This document shows positions 60,942-64,000 of a stretch of DNA of 64,000 bases, in pieces (the stretch's first letter is position 1; every line of letters begins with the position of its first letter). The translations under genes were made by a program, and so were the position numbers. Where the stretch lies: positions 50,076 to 114,075 of the IMG/VR virus record IMGVR_UViG_3300045988_122291. One strand, given 5' to 3'. Source of the DNA: a virus. A model generated the notes under the pieces. The model worked only from the letters and a program-made list of their open reading frames with translations. It ran no database searches and had not been told where the DNA came from.

Positions 60942-62842
60942 GTCTAACAAATCAAATTCATGCTTATTCGGTGGGTACGGACGCATTTTATGATGAATCC
61001 GAGCAATTTATCCATAAGCGCTTATTGAAGTTATATAAGCTACGAGCGGTTAATCGCAAGTACAAAGAAAAAGAAAATAATTATTCATGGGGCATAGCGT
61101 GTATCAATCGAGTAATCAAGAAAGAAAAAGAGCAACTTGAACAATTACTCAATAAGCGTCTGGAAAGTACCGAACCACGCACAATGAATCCAGAAGTTTT
61201 GAAGGATAAAAATGTTATTTCATTGTTTGTTAGTTCGCTTACTCGCGCTATTGGAATTGAACACAATCAGTTGTCTGAAGATATTTTTGTTATCAGCGTT
61301 TATTTTTTTCAAGTATTTCATAACATTGTTCGTGATGGGTTTATATATAACGGAGAAAAATATATTTTTCTTACGGCTTCAGCAGGGCAAATACGCACAA
61401 AGAAAGCAGTTTTTATAAAAGAATCAACTTTTAATCGTATTAAGATGCGAATGATGTGCGGACTAACCGTTGAAGAAATCAACGAAGCTGGTGGCACAAA
61501 TGAGAATAAGTTTCTTGCTTATCTTGCTCTTGGCAATTCAGCTACAGATGTTTGGGAAGATTTTGATATTGATAAGTCGATTGTAGTTGATGATTTTGAA
61601 ACCGAAGTTCAGTCCGAAGTTGACCATATTTCTATTGACTATACGATTGAACGAAAAATTACAGGCACAATGATTCCTCATATGGACGGTTGCGGAATAA
61701 TGTTGGATAAACCTACAAGAATGGTTCGCGCTCCGTGGGTCAAGGGTTTGCTTGTATATTTTCCTTTTGATAAGTTTATTCAAGAAAAATGTAATGGCAA
61801 AGCAATAGTAACTGATATTTATGGTCAAGACCATGATATTCTTGCTGAAGATATTCGATATATTTTCACAAAAAGTCAGTTTAAGATGTATAAGTTTTAC
61901 CAATCATGGGAAGATTACAAACAAAAGTTCAAGCAATATCGTTGCGAAGTATGCTATTGTAACATGGAAGAACAAGATATTCCTCGTGCCAGAATCAATT
62001 ATCAGATGCTTCAAACACTTACCGATATGACCGACGAAGAAATTGCTACATTGACTAAAGAAACAGTCGAAGAAATTGAAGCTATTGGCAATGATTTTCA
62101 AACTTCTATGAAATTGATTGGCGCAACTTCATATAACAAAAATCCAAGTTATGTGCAAGAAGCGTTAATGATTTATCCAGAACTTATGCGTGACCAGTAT
62201 AGCCGTGATATTTTGAAAGAAACTAAAAAGAGTTTGATTAAACAAGCAAAATCAGGACGTTTAAGAGTGAATGGTAAATATCTCTTTTTATCTCCTGACC
62301 TATATGCGTTTTGTGAATGGCTGTTTCTTGACGAAGCGAACCCAAAAGGATTGCTTCAAGACGGTGAAGTGTTTACTACGCAATTTAGTAATGGTGATGA
62401 AGTTGCTTGCTTGAGAAGCCCACACTTGTACCGTGAATGGGCGATTCGCAAAAATGTAAAGAATGAAGATTTGAACAAGTGGTTTGGGGAAACGAAATGT
62501 GTGTACACCAGTTGCCATGATTTGATTAGCCGCTATCTGATGTTTGATAATGATGGTGATAAATCTTTAGTTGTTAAAGATAAATTGCTTACTTCGATTG
62601 CAAAGCGCAATATGGAGGGTATTGTGCCAATGTCTTATGACCTTAAAAAAGCGAAAGTTGGCAGTATCACTCCTGATAACATTTATCACAGTATGGTTAA
62701 AGCCTATACTGGCGGCAATATTGGTGTTGTAAGTAATCAGATTACTAAGGTTTGGAATAGTTCAAATCTTGCAAAAAGTTATGAAGATGCTTTAAAAACA
62801 GTTAAATTGTTTACTTATATCAATAATCAAGTGATTAAATAA
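60938..62842 (+). CDS. two-barrel (YonO/QDE-1-like) RNA polymerase, 5' exon (ORF runs a few codons into the intron)
   Basis: CLRSPHLYREW and metal-binding-type LMFDNDGDKS motifs near residue 540; the ORF ends abruptly where the group I intron sequence begins. Confidence 0.5.
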   Translation: MSLTNQIHAYSVGTDAFYDESEQFIHKRLLKLYKLRAVNRKYKEKENNYSWGIACINRVIKKEKEQLEQLLNKRLESTEPRTMNPEVLKDKNVISLFVSSLTRAIGIEHNQLSEDIFVISVYFFQVFHNIVRDGFIYNGEKYIFLTASAGQIRTKKAVFIKESTFNRIKMRMMCGLTVEEINEAGGTNENKFLAYLALGNSATDVWEDFDIDKSIVVDDFETEVQSEVDHISIDYTIERKITGTMIPHMDGCGIMLDKPTRMVRAPWVKGLLVYFPFDKFIQEKCNGKAIVTDIYGQDHDILAEDIRYIFTKSQFKMYKFYQSWEDYKQKFKQYRCEVCYCNMEEQDIPRARINYQMLQTLTDMTDEEIATLTKETVEEIEAIGNDFQTSMKLIGATSYNKNPSYVQEALMIYPELMRDQYSRDILKETKKSLIKQAKSGRLRVNGKYLFLSPDLYAFCEWLFLDEANPKGLLQDGEVFTTQFSNGDEVACLRSPHLYREWAIRKNVKNEDLNKWFGETKCVYTSCHDLISRYLMFDNDGDKSLVVKDKLLTSIAKRNMEGIVPMSYDLKKAKVGSITPDNIYHSMVKAYTGGNIGVVSNQITKVWNSSNLAKSYEDALKTVKLFTYINNQVIK

Positions 62843-63960
62843 TAGTCACGCTATATGGCAACATATAGAAAAATTTAGCTGGTGAACTTGCAAATGCAAG
62901 GTGTCATTGTCACGCTAAGGAAACATAGGAAATGATGTTTAAGACAATGGCTAACAGGGGAAAACTAAAATAATTGCTTATTTTATTATAGAAAGGGGTG
63001 ATAATAATGATTTTTATAGACGAATCAAAGTTTAAGAAAGAAATCGGTATTTATAAAATTGTGAATTTAGTGAACGGAAAAGTTTATATTGGACAAACTG
63101 GGCAAAACTTTCAACGTAGATATTGGCATCATCAATGGAAATTAAAAAATAATTCGCATGATAATAAATATTTACAAAATGCTTGGAATAAATACGGTAA
63201 AGATAATTTTTCTTTTGAAGTGGTTGAAATTACAACAAAAGATAATTTGGACGAAAGAGAAAAATTTTGGATAGAGCGTTATCGGAATACTGTTGGGTGC
63301 TATTCTATTCAAGAAGGTGGTCAGCCCCATGATTTGATTCGGTATGTGACTCCTGAGATGCGAAAACTTGTAGGAGAAAAAAATCGTCAACGATTACTTG
63401 GCAGTAAGGCAAGTGAAGAAACTCGCAAGAAAATGTCTAAGACGAGAAAAGGTAAACATCCAATACGAAAAAATGATGTTTTAACTCTTGAGCAAGCGAA
63501 GCAAGTTAAGCAAATGTTAATATCAGGAGTTAAATCTAAAGATATTTGTTCTTGCTTGGAAATTCCTTATAAGGGTGTTAATAGTATTATCTCTAATAAT
63601 AATTATAGTGCGATTAAAGTAGATGGATGGGAAGAATGGTACGAAAACTATTCACAGCATCGAAAGAAAAGATTAACTAAAGCGCAAATTTTAGAAATTG
63701 TAGACAAGTTTACACACGGTAAAGAAATTTCTGAGTTAGCTCAAGAGTATGATATTAAAGAAGAAACAGTTCGTAGACATATTCGTGTTTACGGTTAAGC
63801 AATTATCAAGTCAATCCTGTGCCAAGCCGAGAAATCGGAAAGGTGCAACGACTATCCCGTAAGGGAGTAAGGAATGGGTGAAAGTCCTATTCCCGAAGTG
63901 CCAGCCATCCCATTGGGATGAAGATATAGTCTACTCCCCTAATAAATATCGGGAAACCGA
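62836..63960 (+). mobile_element. group I intron carrying a GIY-YIG homing endonuclease gene (3' boundary uncertain)
   Basis: P1-like pairing GTGAT|T...AGTCAC with U.G at 62835; hairpins CTATAT/ATATAG and CTTGCA/TGCAAG; hallmark AAGATATAGTC at 63920-63931. Confidence 0.6.
63007..63798 (+). CDS. GIY-YIG homing endonuclease (I-TevI-like)
   Basis: GIYKIVNLVNGKVYIGQT...RRYWHH...N; C-terminal NUMOD/HTH-like repeats; ATG 63007 behind GGGGTGA. Confidence 0.85.
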   Translation: MIFIDESKFKKEIGIYKIVNLVNGKVYIGQTGQNFQRRYWHHQWKLKNNSHDNKYLQNAWNKYGKDNFSFEVVEITTKDNLDEREKFWIERYRNTVGCYSIQEGGQPHDLIRYVTPEMRKLVGEKNRQRLLGSKASEETRKKMSKTRKGKHPIRKNDVLTLEQAKQVKQMLISGVKSKDICSCLEIPYKGVNSIISNNNYSAIKVDGWEEWYENYSQHRKKRLTKAQILEIVDKFTHGKEISELAQEYDIKEETVRRHIRVYG

Positions 63961-64000
63961 GGGTACAAAGGAGATTACGCTAAGACGCTGTGGAAAGTTG

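Overview
This window reads as part of a large tailed dsDNA phage or prophage. The host looks like a low-GC Gram-positive type: SLH domains, TTGACA-N17-TAnAAT promoters, GGAGG Shine-Dalgarno (SD) sites and CCA-encoding tRNAs. Nearly all genes lie on the minus strand in tightly packed operons, often with stop/start overlaps.

Recognisable content:
- DNA metabolism and replication: beta-class DNA methyltransferase, RecD-like SF1 helicase, 1309-aa DnaE-type Pol III alpha, dCMP deaminase, Toprim primase, DnaB-type helicase, RecJ-like DHH exonuclease, AAA_24/Sak4-like ATPase, gp2.5-like SSB and RusA.
- A lysis cassette: an amidase endolysin interrupted by a LAGLIDADG intein, plus a holin.
- Tail-fibre-like genes.
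- A tRNA island (Trp, Gly x2, Gln, Lys, Met and an odd CAA tRNA) with a sigma factor and a tyrosine integrase.
- Three RNA-guided-nuclease genes (two TnpB, one IscB), and HNH and GIY-YIG homing endonucleases.
- A YonO/QDE-1-like two-barrel RNA polymerase gene interrupted by a group I intron.

The headline signal is a nine-member family of ~100-130-aa paralogues. They share an MNGIVTGKxEK N-terminus and an ELGxLE C-terminus around a hypervariable core. Eight of the nine are each preceded by a strong-SD upstream ORF (uORF) carrying a G6-G9 homopolymer in a conserved CACTTG(n)CAT context. In most cases a GAAA-loop hairpin that buries the paralogue's SD follows. At every locus exactly one of the three post-tract reading frames stays open to a stop codon that overlaps or abuts the paralogue start (ATGA, GTGA, TGATG or TAAATG). 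Three loci are currently in that coupled frame and five are one G away from it. I interpret this as a candidate slippage-driven (phase-variable or frameshift-dependent) translational-coupling switchboard, and I know of no described equivalent.

Other notable items:
- Promoters nested inside terminator hairpins whose 3' arm is the next gene's SD.
- A ~2-kb non-coding region with a GTATAC iteron array and a purine/pyrimidine-asymmetric imperfect palindrome, next to the only isolated plus-strand gene.
- Several other iteron and palindrome fields.

Homopolymer lengths and coordinates were calibrated against the ORF track, because hand counting is error-prone. No database search was possible; all family names are motif-level recognitions.
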